Assembly: GCA_964057225.1 (NCBI GenBank) | Contig: OZ059899.1 | Coordinates: 16,430,001 to 16,494,000 of the forward strand | Direction of reading: 5' to 3' | Length of the DNA stretch: 64,000 nucleotides | Origin: Auanema rhodensis | Lineage: Eukaryota > Animalia > Nematoda | Part shown: positions 30,001-45,000 of the stretch, piece after piece | How the letters are laid out: each line of letters starts with the position of its first letter | Numbering within the stretch: position 1 is the first letter of the stretch | Made by a program: the position numbers and the translations under genes | Notes under the pieces: model-generated | What the model was told of the DNA's origin: nothing | Database searches by the model: none | Seen by the model: the letters and a program-made list of their open reading frames with translations, nothing else

Positions 30001-33000
30001 AACTATTTGTGTCCGGTTATAGTTGATAATATTGGAGAAACATTGACAATCACCGAAAACAACGTGCCTACAGCCTGAACTTTTTTGTGAACAAATCTTG
30101 TGGATGGGGTTGATATAAACCTTTTTTCCGGAAAACTGAGAAGTCACAGCCAAATCACACCAAGTAATTCAGATTCTACACATCTGAATACCCAAGTTGT
30201 AACTATTTTTGTTTGATTATAGTTGATAATATTGGAGAAACATTGACAATCACCGAACACAACGTGCCTACAGCCTGAACTTTTTTGTGAACAAATCTTG
30301 TGGATGGGGTTGATATAAACCTTTTTTCCGGAAAACTGAGAAGTCACGGCCGAATCTTACTCGGAATATCAGATTCTACACATCTGAATACCCAAGTTGT
30401 AACTATTTTTGTTTGATTATAGTTGATAATATTGGAGAAACATTGACAATCACCGAACACAACGTGCCTACAGCCTGAACTTTTCTGTGAACAAATCTTG
30501 TGGATGGGGTTGATATAAACCTTTTTTCCGGAAAACTGAGAAGTCACAGCCAAATCACACCAAGTAATTCAGATTCTACACATCTGAATACCCAAGTTGT
30601 AACTATTTTTGTTTGATTATAGTTGATAATATTGGAGAAACATTGACAATCACCGGACACAACGTGCCTACAGCCTGAACTTTTTTGTGAACAAATCTTG
30701 TGGATGGGGTTGATATAAACCTTTTTTCCGGAAAACTGAGAAGTCACAGCCAAATCACACCAAGTAATTCAGATTCTACACATCTGAATACCCAAGTTGT
30801 AACTATTTTTGTTTGATTATAGTTGATAATATTGGAGAAACATTGACAATCACCGGACACAACGTGCCTACAGCCTGAACTTTTTTGTGAACAAATCTTG
30901 TGGATGGGGTTGATATAAACCTTTTTTCCGGAAAACTGAGAAGTCACGGCCGAATCTTACTCGGAATATCAGATTCTACACATCTGAATACCCAAGTTGT
31001 AACTATTTGTGTCCGGTTATAGTTGATAATATTGGAGAAACATTGACAATCACCGAAAACAACGTGCCTACAGCCTGAACTTTTTTGTGAACAAATCTTG
31101 TGGATGGGGTTGATATAAACCTTTTTTCCGGAAAACTGAGAAGTCACAGCCAAATCACACCAAGTAATTCAGATTCTACACATCTGAATACCCAAGTTGT
31201 AACTATTTTTGTTTGATTATAGTTGATAATATTGGAGAAACATTGACAATCACCGGACACAACGTGCCTACAGCCTGAACTTTTTTGTGAACAAATCTTG
31301 TGGATGGGGTTGATATAAACCTTTTTTCCGGAAAACTGAGAAGTCACAGCCAAATCACACCAAGTAATTCAGATTCTACACATCTGAATACCCAAGTTGT
31401 AACTATTTGTGTCCGGTTATAGTTGATAATATTGGAGAAACATTGACAATCACCGAAAACAACGTGCCTACAGCCTGAACTTTTTTGTGAACAAATCTTG
31501 TGGATGGGGTTGATATAAACCTTTTTTCCGGAAAACTGAGAAGTCACAGCCAAATCACACCAAGTAATTCAGATTCTACACATCTGAATACCCAAGTTGT
31601 AACTATTTTTGTTTGATTATAGTTGATAATATTGGAGAAACATTGACAATCACCGAACACAACGTGCCTACAGCCTGAACTTTTTTGTGAACAAATCTTG
31701 TGGATGGGGTTGATATAAACCTTTTTTCCGGAAAACTGAGAAGTCACGGCCGAATCTTACTCGGAATATCAGATTCTACACATCTGAATACCCAAGTTGT
31801 AACTATTTTTGTTTGATTATAGTTGATAATATTGGAGAAACATTGACAATCACCGAACACAACGTGCCTACAGCCTGAACTTTTCTGTGAACAAATCTTG
31901 TGGATGGGGTTGATATAAACCTTTTTTCCGGAAAACTGAGAAGTCACAGCCAAATCACACCAAGTAATTCAGATTCTACACATCTGAATACCCAAGTTGT
32001 AACTATTTTTGTTTGATTATAGTTGATAATATTGGAGAAACATTGACAATCACCGGACACAACGTGCCTACAGCCTGAACTTTTTTGTGAACAAATCTTG
32101 TGGATGGGGTTGATATAAACCTTTTTTCCGGAAAACTGAGAAGTCACAGCCAAATCACACCAAGTAATTCAGATTCTACACATCTGAATACCCAAGTTGT
32201 AACTATTTTTGTTTGATTATAGTTGATAATATTGGAGAAACATTGACAATCACCGAACACAACGTGCCTACAGCCTGAACTTTTTTGTGAACAAATCTTG
32301 TGGATGGGGTTGATATAAACCTTTTTTCCGGAAAACTGAGAAGTCACAGCCAAATCACACCAAGTAATTCAGATTCTACACATCTGAATACCCAAGTTGT
32401 AACTATTTTTGTTTGATTATAGTTGATAATATTGGAGAAACATTGACAATCACCGGACACAACGTGCCTACAGCCTGAACTTTTTTGTGAACAAATCTTG
32501 TGGATGGGGTTGATATAAACCTTTTTTCCGGAAAACTGAGAAGTCACAGCCAAATCACACCAAGTAATTCAGATTCTACACATCTGAATACCCAAGTTGT
32601 AACTATTTTTGTTTGATTATAGTTGATAATATTGGAGAAACATTGACAATCACCGAACACAACGTGCCTACAGCCTGAACTTTTCTGTGAACAAATCTTG
32701 TGGATGGGGTTGATATAAACCTTTTTTCCGGAAAACTGAGAAGTCACAGCCAAATCACACCAAGTAATTCAGATTCTACACATCTGAATACCCAAGTTGT
32801 AACTATTTGTGTCCGGTTATAGTTGATAATATTGGAGAAACATTGACAATCACCGAAAACAACGTGCCTACAGCCTGAACTTTTTTGTGAACAAATCTTG
32901 TGGATGGGGTTGATATAAACCTTTTTTTCCGGAAAACTGAGAAGTCACGGCCGAATCTTACTCGGAATATCAGATTCTACACATCTGAATACCCAAGTTG

Positions 33001-36000
33001 TAACTATTTGTGTCCGGTTATAGTTGATAATATTGGAGAAACATTGACAATCACCGAAAACAACGTGCCTACAGCCTGAACTTTTTTGTGAACAAATCTT
33101 GTGGATGGGGTTGATATAAACCTTTTTTCCGGAAAACTGAGAAGTCACAGCCAAATCACACCAAGTAATTCAGATTCTACACATCTGAATACCCAAGTTG
33201 TAACTATTTGTGTCCGGTTATAGTTGATAATATTGGAGAAACATTGACAATCACCGAACACAACGTGCCTACAGCCTGAACTTTTTTGTGAACAAATCTT
33301 GTGGATGGGGTTGATATAAACCTTTTTTCCGGAAAACTGAGAAGTCACAGCCAAATCACACCAAGTAATTCAGATTCTACACATCTGAATACCCAAGTTG
33401 TAACTATTTGTGTTTGATTATAGTTGATAATATTGGAGAAACATTGACAATCACCGAACACAACGTGCCTGCAGCCTGAACTTTTTTGTGAACAAATCTT
33501 GTGGATGGGGTTGATATAAACCTTTTTTTCCGGAAAACTGAGAAGTCACGGCCGAATCTTACTCGGAATATCAGATTCTACACATCTGAATACCCAAGTT
33601 GTAACTATTTTTGTTTGATTATAGTTGATAATATTGGAGAAACATTGACAATCACCGAACACAACGTGCCTGCAGCCTGAACTTTTTTGTGAACAAATCT
33701 TGTGGATGGGGTTGATATAAACCTTTTTTCCGGAAAACTGAGAAGTCACGGCCGAATCTTACTCGGAATATCAGATTCTACACATCTGAATACCCAAGTT
33801 GTAACTATTTTTGTTTGATTATAGTTGATAATATTGGAGAAACATTGACAATCACCGAACACAACGTGCCTGCAGCCTGAACTTTTTTGTGAACAAATCT
33901 TGTGGATGGGGTTGATATAAACCTTTTTTCCGGAAAACTGAGAAGTCACGGCCGAATCTTACTCGGAATATCAGATTCTACACATCTTAATACCCAAGTT
34001 GTAACTATTTTTGTTTGATTATAGTTGATAATATTGGAGAAACATTGACAATCACCGAACACAACGTGCCTGCAGCCTGAACTTTTTTGTGAACAAATCT
34101 TGTGGATGGGGTTGATATAAACCTTTTTTCCGGAAAACTGAGAAGTCACGGCCGAATCTTACTCGGAATATCAGATTCTACACATCTGAATACCCAAGTT
34201 GTAACTATTTTTGTTTGATTATAGTTGATAATATTGGAGAAACATTGACAATCACCGAACACAACGTGCCTGCAGCCTGAACTTTTTTGTGAACAAATCT
34301 TGTGGATGGGGTTGATATAAACCTTTTTTCCGGAAAACTGAGAAGTCACGGCCGAATCTTACTCGGAATATCAGATTCTACACATCTGAATACCCAAGTT
34401 GTAACTATTTTTGTTTGATTATAGTTGATAATATTGGAGAAACATTGACAATCACCGAACACAACGTGCCTGCAGCCTGAACTTTTTTGTGAACAAATCT
34501 TGTGGATGGGGTTGATATAAACCTTTTTTCCGGAAAACTGAGAAGTCACGGCCGAATCTTACTCGGAATATCAGATTCTACACATCTGAATACCCAAGTT
34601 GTAACTATTTTTGTTTGATTATAGTTGATAATATTGGAGAAACATTGACAATCACCGAACACAACGTGCCTACAGCCTGAACTTTTTTTGTGAACAAATC
34701 TTGTGGATGGGGTTGATATAAACCTTTTTTCCGGAAAACTGAGAAGTCACGGCCGAATCTTACTCGGAATATCAGATTCTACACATCTGAATACCCAAGT
34801 TGTAACTATTTTTGTTTGATTATAGTTGATAATATTGGAGAAACATTGACAATCACCGAACACAACGTGCCTGCAGCCTGAACTTTTTTGTGAACAAATC
34901 TTGTGGATGGGGTTGATATAAACCTTTTTTCCGGAAAACTGAGAAGTCACGGCCGAATCTTACTCGGAATATCAGATTCTACACATCTGAATACCCAAGT
35001 TGTAACTATTTTTGTTTGATTATAGTTGATAATATTGGAGAAACATTGACAATCACCGAACACAACGTGCCTGCAGCCTGAACTTTTTTGTGAACAAATC
35101 TTGTGGATGGGGTTGATATAAACCTTTTTTCCGGAAAACTGAGAAGTCACGGCCGAATCTTACTCGGAATATCAGATTCTACACATCTGAATACCCAAGT
35201 TGTAACTATTTTTGTTTGATTATAGTTGATAATATTGGAGAAACATTGACAATCACCGAACACAACGTGCCTACAGCCTGAACTTTTTTTGTGAACAAAT
35301 CTTGTGGATGGGGTTGATATAAACCTTTTTTCCGGAAAACTGAGAAGTCACGGCCGAATCTTACTCGGAATATCAGATTCTACACATCTGAATACCCAAT
35401 TTGTAACTATTTTTGTTTGATTATAGTTGATAATATTGGAGAAACATTGACAATCACCGAACACAACGTGCCTGCAGCCTGAACTTTTTTGTGAACAAAT
35501 CTTGTGGATGGGGTTGATATAAACCTTTTTTCCGGAAAACTGAGAAGTCACGGCCGAATCTTACTCGGAATATCAGATTCTACACATCTGAATACCCAAT
35601 TTGTAACTATTTTTGTTTGATTATAGTTGATAATATTGGAGAAACATTGACAATCACCGAACACAACGTGCCTGCAGCCTGAACTTTTTTGTGAACAAAT
35701 CTTGTGGATGGGGTTGATATAAACCTTTTTTCCGGAAAACTGAGAAGTCACGGCCGAATCTTACTCGGAATATCAGATTCTCCACATCTGAATACCCAAG
35801 TTGTAACTATTTTTGTTTGATTTTAGTTGATAATATTGGAGAAACATTGACAATCACCGAACACAACGTGCCTACAGCCTGAACTTTTTTGTGAACAAAT
35901 CTTGTGGATGGGGTTGATATAAACCTTTTTTCCGGAAAACTGAGAAGTCACGGCCGAATCTTACTCGGAATATCAGATTCTACACATCTGAATACCCAAG

Positions 36001-39000
36001 TTGTAACTATTTATTTTTCATTATAGTTGATAATATTGGAGAAACATTGACAATCACCGAACACAACGTGCCTACAGCCTGAACTTTTTTGTGAACAAAT
36101 CTTGTGGATGGGGTTGATATAAACCTTTTTTCCGGAAAACTGAGAAGTCACGGCCGAATCTTACTCGGAATATCAGATTCTCCACATCTGAATACCCAAG
36201 TTGTAACTATTTTTGTTTGATTATAGTTGATAATATTGGAGAAACATTGACAATCACCGAACACAACGTGCCTACAGCCTGAACTTTTTTGTGAACAAAT
36301 CTTGTGGATGGGGTTGATATAAACCTTTTTTCCGGAAAACTGAGAAGTCACAGCCAAATCACACCAAGTAATTCAGATTTTACACATCTGAATACCCAAC
36401 TTAGGATTATTTATTTTTCATTATAGTTGATGATTTTTGAGAAAAATTGACAATCACCGGACACAACGTGCCTACAGCCTGAACTTTTTTGTGAACAAAT
36501 CTTGTGGATGGGGTTGATATAAACCTTTTTTCCGGAAAACTGAGAAGTCACGGCCGAATCTTACTCGGAATATCAGATTCTACACATCTGAATACCCAAG
36601 TTGTAACTATTTTTGTTTGATTATAGTTGATAATATTGGAGAAACATTGACAATCACCGGACACAACGTGCCTACAGCCTGAACTTTTTTGTGAACAAAT
36701 CTTGTGGATGGGGTTGATATAAACCTTTTTTCCGGAAAACTGAGAAGTCACGGCCGAATCTTACTCGGAATATCAGATTCTACACATCTGAATACCCAAG
36801 TTGTAACTATTTGTGTCCGGTTATAGTTGATAATATTGGAGAAACATTGACAATCACCGAACACAACGTGCCTACAGCCTGAACTTTTTTGTGAACAAAT
36901 CTTGTGGATGGGGTTGATATAAACCTTTTTTCCGGAAAACTGAGAAGTCACGGCCGAATCTTACTCGGAATATCAGATTCTCCACATCTGAATACCCAAG
37001 TTGTAACTATTTATTTTTCATTATAGTTGATAATATTGGAGAAACATTGACAATCACCGGACACAACGTGCCTACAGCCTGAACTTTTTTGTGAACAAAT
37101 CTTGTGGATGGGGTTGATATAAACCTTTTTTCCGGAAAACTGAGAAGTCACGGCCGAATCTTACTCGGAATATCAGATTCTACACATCTGAATACCCAAG
37201 TTGTAACTATTTTTGTTTGATTATAGTTGATAATATTGGAGAAACATTGACAATCACCGGACACAACGTGCCTACAGCCTGAACTTTTTTGTGAACAAAT
37301 CTTGTGGATGGGGTTGATATAAACCTTTTTTCCGGAAAACTGAGAAGTCACGGCCGAATCTTACTCGGAATATCAGATTCTACACATCTGAATACCCAAG
37401 TTGTAACTATTTGTGTCCGGTTATAGTTGATAATATTGGAGAAACATTGACAATCACCGAACACAACGTGCCTACAGCCTGAACTTTTTTGTGAACAAAT
37501 CTTGTGGATGGGGTTGATATAAACCTTTTTTCCGGAAAACTGAGAAGTCACGGCCGAATCTTACTCGGAATATCAGATTCTACACATCTGAATACCCAAG
37601 TTGTAACTATTTTTGTTTGATTATAGTTGATAATATTGGAGAAACATTGACAATCACCGGACACAACGTGCCTACAGCCTGAACTTTTTTTTGAACAAAT
37701 CTTGTGGATGGGGTTGATATAAACCTTTTTTCCGGAAAACTGAGAAGTCACGGCCGAATCTTACTCGGAATATCAGATTCTACACATCTGAATACCCAAG
37801 TTGTAACTATTTGTGTCCGGTTATAGTTGATAATATTGGAGAAACATTGACAATCACCGAACACAACGTGCCTACAGCCTGAACTTTTTTGTGAACAAAT
37901 CTTGTGGATGGGGTTGATATAAACCTTTTTTCCGGAAAACTGAGAAGTCACGGCCGAATCTTACTCGGAATATCAGATTCTCCACATCTGAATACCCAAG
38001 TTGTAACTATTTTTGTTTGATTATAGTTGATAATATTGGAGAAACATTGACAATCACCGGACACAACGTGCCTACAGCCTGAACTTTTTTGTGAACAAAT
38101 CTTGTGGATGGGGTTGATATAAACCTTTTTTCCGGAAAACTGAGAAGTCACGGCCGAATCTTACTCGGAATATCAGATTCTCCACATCTGAATACCCAAG
38201 TTGTAACTATTTTTGTTTGATTATAGTTGATAATATTGGAGAAACATTGACAATCACCGGACACAACGTGCCTACAGCCTGAACTTTTTTGTGAACAAAT
38301 CTTGTGGATGGGGTTGATATAAACCTTTTTTCCGGAAAACTGAGAAGTCACGGCCGAATCTTACTCGGAATATCAGATTCTCCACATCTGAATACCCAAG
38401 TTGTAACTATTTATTTTTCATTATAGTTGATAATATTGGAGAAACATTGACAATCACCGGACACAACGTGCCTACAGCCTGAACTTTTTTGTGAACAAAT
38501 CTTGTGGATGGGGTTGATATAAACCTTTTTTCCGGAAAACTGAGAAGTCACGGCCGAATCTTACTCGGAATATCAGATTCTCCACATCTGAATACCCAAG
38601 TTGTAACTATTTTTGTTTGATTATAGTTGATAATATTGGAGAAACATTGACAATCACCGGACACAACGTGCCTACAGCCTGAACTTTTTTGTGAACAAAT
38701 CTTGTGGATGGGGTTGATATAAACCTTTTTTCCGGAAAACTGAGAAGTCACGGCCGAATCTTACTCGGAATATCAGATTCTCCACATCTGAATACCCAAG
38801 TTGTAACTATTTTTGTTTGATTATAGTTGATAATATTGGAGAAACATTGACAATCACCGGACACAACGTGCCTACAGCCTGAACTTTTTTGTGAACAAAT
38901 CTTGTGGATGGGGTTGATATAAACCTTTTTTCCGGAAAACTGAGAAGTCACGGCCGAATCTTACTCGGAATATCAGATTCTACACATCTGAATACCTAAG

Positions 39001-42000
39001 TTGTAACTATTTTTGTTTGATTATAGTTGATAATATTGGAGAAACATTGACAATCACCGGACACAACGTGCCTACAGCCTGAACTTTTTTTGTGAACAAA
39101 TCTTGTGGATGGGGTTGATATAAACCTTTTTTCCGGAAAACTGAGAAGTCACGGCCGAATCTTACTCGGAATATCAGATTCTACACATCTGAATACCCAA
39201 GTTGTAACTATTTGTGTCCTGTTATAGTTGATAATATTGGAGAAACATTGACAATCACCGAACACAACGTGCCTACAGCCTGAACTTTTTTGTGAACAAA
39301 TCTTGTGGATGGGGTTGATATAAACCTTTTTTCCGGAAAACTGAGAAGTCACGGCCGAATCTTACTCGGAATATCAGATTCTACACATCTGAATACCTAA
39401 GTTGTAACTATTTTTGTTTGATTATAGTTGATAATATTGGAGAAACATTGACAATCACCGAACACAACGTGCCTACAGCCTGAACTTTTCTGTGAACAAA
39501 TCTTGTGGATGGGGTTGATATAAACCTTTTTTCCGGAAAACTGAGAAGTCACAGCCGGATCTTACTCGGAATATCAGATTCTACACATCTGAATACCTAA
39601 GTTGTAACTATTTTTGTTTGATTATAGTTGATAATATTGGAGAAACATTGACAATCACCGAACACAACGTGCCTACAGCCTGAACTTTTCTGTGAACAAA
39701 TCTTGTGGATGGGGTTGATATAAACCTTTTTTCCGGAAAACTGAGAAGTCACAGCCGGATCTTACTCGGAATATCAGATTCTACACATCTGAATACCTAA
39801 GTTGTAACTATTTTTGTTTGATTATAGTTGATAATATTGGAGAAACATTGACAATCACCGAACACAACGTGCCTACAGCCTGAACTTTTCTGTGAACAAA
39901 TCTTGTGGATGGGGTTGATATAAACCTTTTTTCCGGAAAACTGAGAAGTCACAGCCGGATCTTACTCGGAATATCAGATTCTACACATCTGAATACCCAA
40001 GTTGTAACTATTTTTGTTTGATTATAGTTGATAATATTGGAGAAACATTGACAATCACCGAACACAACGTGCCTACAGCCTGAACTTTTCTGTGAACAAA
40101 TCTTGTGGATGGGGTTGATATAAACCTTTTTTCCGGAAAACTGAGAAGTCACAGCCAAATCACACCAAGTAATTCAGATTCTACACATCTGAATACCTAA
40201 GTTGTAACTATTTTTGTTTGATTATAGTTGATAATATTGGAGAAACATTGACAATCACCGAACACAACGTGCCTACAGCCTGAACTTTTCTGTGAACAAA
40301 TCTTGTGGATGGGGTTGATATAAACCTTTTTTCCGGAAAACTGAGAAGTCACAGCCAAATCACACCAAGTAATTCAGATTCTACACATCTGAATACCCAA
40401 GTTGTAACTATTTGTGTCCGGTTATAGTTGATAATATTGGAGAAACATTGACAATCACCGAACACAACGTGCCTACAGCCTGAACTTTTTTGTGAACAAA
40501 TCTTGTGGATGGGGTTGATATAAAACTTTTTTCCGGAAAACTGAGAAGTCACAGCCGGATCTTACTCGGAATATCAGATTCTACACATCTGAATACCCAA
40601 GTTGTAACTATTTGTGTCCGGTTATAGTTGATAATATTGGAGAAACATTGACAATCACCGAACACAACGTGCCTACAGCCTGAACTTTTCTGTGAACAAA
40701 TCTTGTGGATGGGGTTGATATAAACCTTTTTTCCGGAAAACTGAGAAGTCACAGCCAAATCACACCAAGTAATTCAGATTCTACACATCTGAATACCCAA
40801 GTTGTAACTATTTGTGTCCGGTTATAGTTGATAATATTGGAGAAACATTGACAATCACCGAAAACAACGTGCCTACAGCCTGAACTTTTTTGTGAACAAA
40901 TCTTGTGGATGGGGTTGATATAAACCTTTTTTCCGGAAAACTGAGAAGTCACAGCCAAATCACACCAAGTAATTCAGATTCTACACATCTGAATACCTAA
41001 GTTGTAACTATTTGTGTCCGGTTATAGTTGATAATATTGGAGAAACATTGACAATCACCGAACACAACGTGCCTACAGCCTGAACTTTTTTGTGAACAAA
41101 TCTTGTGGATGGGGTTGATATAAACCTTTTTTCCGGAAAACTGAGAAGTCACAGCCAAATCACACCAAGTAATTCAGATTCTACACATCTGAATACCCAA
41201 GTTGTAACTATTTGTGTCCGGTTATAGTTGATAATATTGGAGAAACATTGACAATCACCGAAAACAACGTGCCTACAGCCTGAACTTTTTTGTGAACAAA
41301 TCTTGTGGATGGGGTTGATATAAACCTTTTTTCCGGAAAACTGAGAAGTCACAGCCAAATCACACCAAGTAATTCAGATTCTACACATCTGAATACCTAA
41401 GTTGTAACTATTTTTGTTTGATTATAGTTGATAATATTGGAGAAACATTGACAATCACCGAACACAACGTGCCTACAGCCTGAACTTTTTTGTGAACAAA
41501 TCTTGTGGATGGGGTTGATATAAACCTTTTTTCCGGAAAACTGAGAAGTCACGGCCGAATCTTACTCGGAATATCAGATTCTCCACATCTGAATACCCAA
41601 GTTGTAACTATTTTTGTTTGATTATAGTTGATAATATTGGAGAAACATTGACAATCACCGGACACAACGTGCCTACAGCCTGAACTTTTTTGTGAACAAA
41701 TCTTGTGGATGGGGTTGATATAAACCTTTTTTCCGGAAAACTGAGAAGTCACGGCCGAATCTCACTCGGAATATCAGATTCTACACATCTGAATACCTAA
41801 GTTGTAACTATTTTTGTTTGATTATAGTTGATAATATTGGAGAAACATTGACAATCACCGGACACAACGTGCCTACAGCCTGAACTTTTTTTGTGAACAA
41901 ATCTTGTGGATGGGGTTGATATAAACCTTTTTTCCGGAAAACTGAGAAGTCACGGCCGAATCTTACTCGGAATATCAGATTCTACACATCTGAATACCCA

Positions 42001-45000
42001 AGTTGTAACTATTTGTGTCCTGTTATAGTTGATAATATTGGAGAAACATTGACAATCACCGAACACAACGTGCCTACAGCCTGAACTTTTTTGTGAACAA
42101 ATCTTGTGGATGGGGTTGATATAAACCTTTTTTCCGGAAAACTGAGAAGTCACGGCCGAATCTTACTCGGAATATCAGATTCTACACATCTGAATACCTA
42201 AGTTGTAACTATTTTTGTTTGATTATAGTTGATAATATTGGAGAAACATTGACAATCACCGAACACAACGTGCCTACAGCCTGAACTTTTCTGTGAACAA
42301 ATCTTGTGGATGGGGTTGATATAAACCTTTTTTCCGGAAAACTGAGAAGTCACGGCCGAATCTTACTCGGAATATCAGATTCTACACATCTGAATACCTA
42401 AGTTGTAACTATTTTTGTTTGATTATAGTTGATAATATTGGAGAAACATTGACAATCACCGAACACAACGTGCCTACAGCCTGAACTTTTCTGTGAACAA
42501 ATCTTGTGGATGGGGTTGATATAAACCTTTTTTCCGGAAAACTGAGAAGTCACAGCCAAATCACACCAAGTAATTCAGATTCTACACATCTGAATACCTA
42601 AGTTGTAACTATTTTTGTTTGATTATAGTTGATAATATTGGAGAAACATTGACAATCACCGAACACAACGTGCCTACAGCCTGAACTTTTCTGTGAACAA
42701 ATCTTGTGGATGGGGTTGATATAAACCTTTTTTCCGGAAAACTGAGAAGTCACAGCCAAATCACACCAAGTAATTCAGATTCTACACATCTGAATACCCA
42801 AGTTGTAACTATTTGTGTCCGGTTATAGTTGATAATATTGGAGAAACATTGACAATCACCGAACACAACGTGCCTACAGCCTGAACTTTTTTGTGAACAA
42901 ATCTTGTGGATGGGGTTGATATAAAACTTTTTTCCGGAAAACTGAGAAGTCACAGCCGGATCTTACTCGGAATATCAGATTCTACACATCTGAATACCCA
43001 AGTTGTAACTATTTGTGTCCGGTTATAGTTGATAATATTGGAGAAACATTGACAATCACCGAACACAACGTGCCTACAGCCTGAACTTTTCTGTGAACAA
43101 ATCTTGTGGATGGGGTTGATATAAACCTTTTTTCCGGAAAACTGAGAAGTCACAGCCAAATCACACCAAGTAATTCAGATTCTACACATCTGAATACCCA
43201 AGTTGTAACTATTTGTGTCCGGTTATAGTTGATAATATTGGAGAAACATTGACAATCACCGAAAACAACGTGCCTACAGCCTGAACTTTTTTGTGAACAA
43301 ATCTTGTGGATGGGGTTGATATAAACCTTTTTTCCGGAAAACTGAGAAGTCACAGCCAAATCACACCAAGTAATTCAGATTCTACACATCTGAATACCTA
43401 AGTTGTAACTATTTGTGTCCGGTTATAGTTGATAATATTGGAGAAACATTGACAATCACCGAAAACAACGTGCCTACAGCCTGAACTTTTTTGTGAACAA
43501 ATCTTGTGGATGGGGTTGATATAAACCTTTTTTCCGGAAAACTGAGAAGTCACAGCCAAATCACACCAAGTAATTCAGATTCTACACATCTGAATACCCA
43601 AGTTGTAACTATTTGTGTCCGGTTATAGTTGATAATATTGGAGAAACATTGACAATCACCGAAAACAACGTGCCTACAGCCTGAACTTTTTTGTGAACAA
43701 ATCTTGTGGATGGGGTTGATATAAACCTTTTTTCCGGAAAACTGAGAAGTCACGGCCGAATCTTACTCGGAATATCAGATTCTACACATCTGAATACCCA
43801 AGTTGTAACTATTTGTGTCCGGTTATAGTTGATAATATTGGAGAAACATTGACAATCACCGAACACAACGTGCCTACAGCCTGAACTTTTTTGTGAACAA
43901 ATCTTGTGGATGGGGTTGATATAAACCTTTTTTCCGGAAAACTGAGAAGTCACGGCCGAATCTTACTCGGAATATCAGATTCTACACATCTGAATACCCA
44001 AGTTGTAACTATTTTTGTTTGATTATAGTTGATAATATTGGAGAAACATTGACAATCACCGAAAACAACGTGCCTACAGCCTGAACTTTTTTGTGAACAA
44101 ATCTTGTGGATGGGGTTGATATAAACCTTTTTTCCGGAAAACTGAGAAGTCACAGCCAAATCACACCAAGTAATTCAGATTCTACACATCTGAATACCCA
44201 AGTTGTAACTATTTGTGTCCGGTTATAGTTGATAATATTGGAGAAACATTGACAATCACCGAACACAACGTGCCTACAGCCTGAACTTTTTTGTGAACAA
44301 ATCTTGTGGATGGGGTTGATATAAACCTTTTTTCCGGAAAACTGAGAAGTCACGGCCGAATCTTACTCGGAATATCAGATTCTACACATCTGAATACCCA
44401 AGTTGTAACTATTTTTGTTTGATTATAGTTGATAATATTGGAGAAACATTGACAATCACCGAAAACAACGTGCCTACAGCCTGAACTTTTTTGTGAACAA
44501 ATCTTGTGGATGGGGTTGATATAAACCTTTTTTCCGGAAAACTGAGAAGTCACGGCCGAATCTTACTCGGAATATCAGATTCTACACATCTGAATACCTA
44601 AGTTGTAACAATTTTTGTTTGATTATAGTTGATAATATTGGAGAAACATTGACAATCACCGGACACAACGTGCCTACAGCCTGAACTTTTTTGTGAACAA
44701 ATCTTGTGGATGGGGTTGATATAAACCTTTTTTCCGGAAAACTGAGAAGTCACAGCCAAATCACACCAAGTAATTCAGATTCTACACATCTGAATACCTA
44801 AGTTGTAACTATTTTTGTTTGATTATAGTTGATAATATTGGAGAAACATTGACAATCACCGGACACAACGTGCCTACAGCCTGAACTTTTTTGTGAACAA
44901 ATCTTGTGGATGGGGTTGATATAAACCTTTTTTCCGGAAAACTGAGAAGTCACGGCCGAATCTTACTCGGAATATCAGATTCTACACATCTGAATACCTA

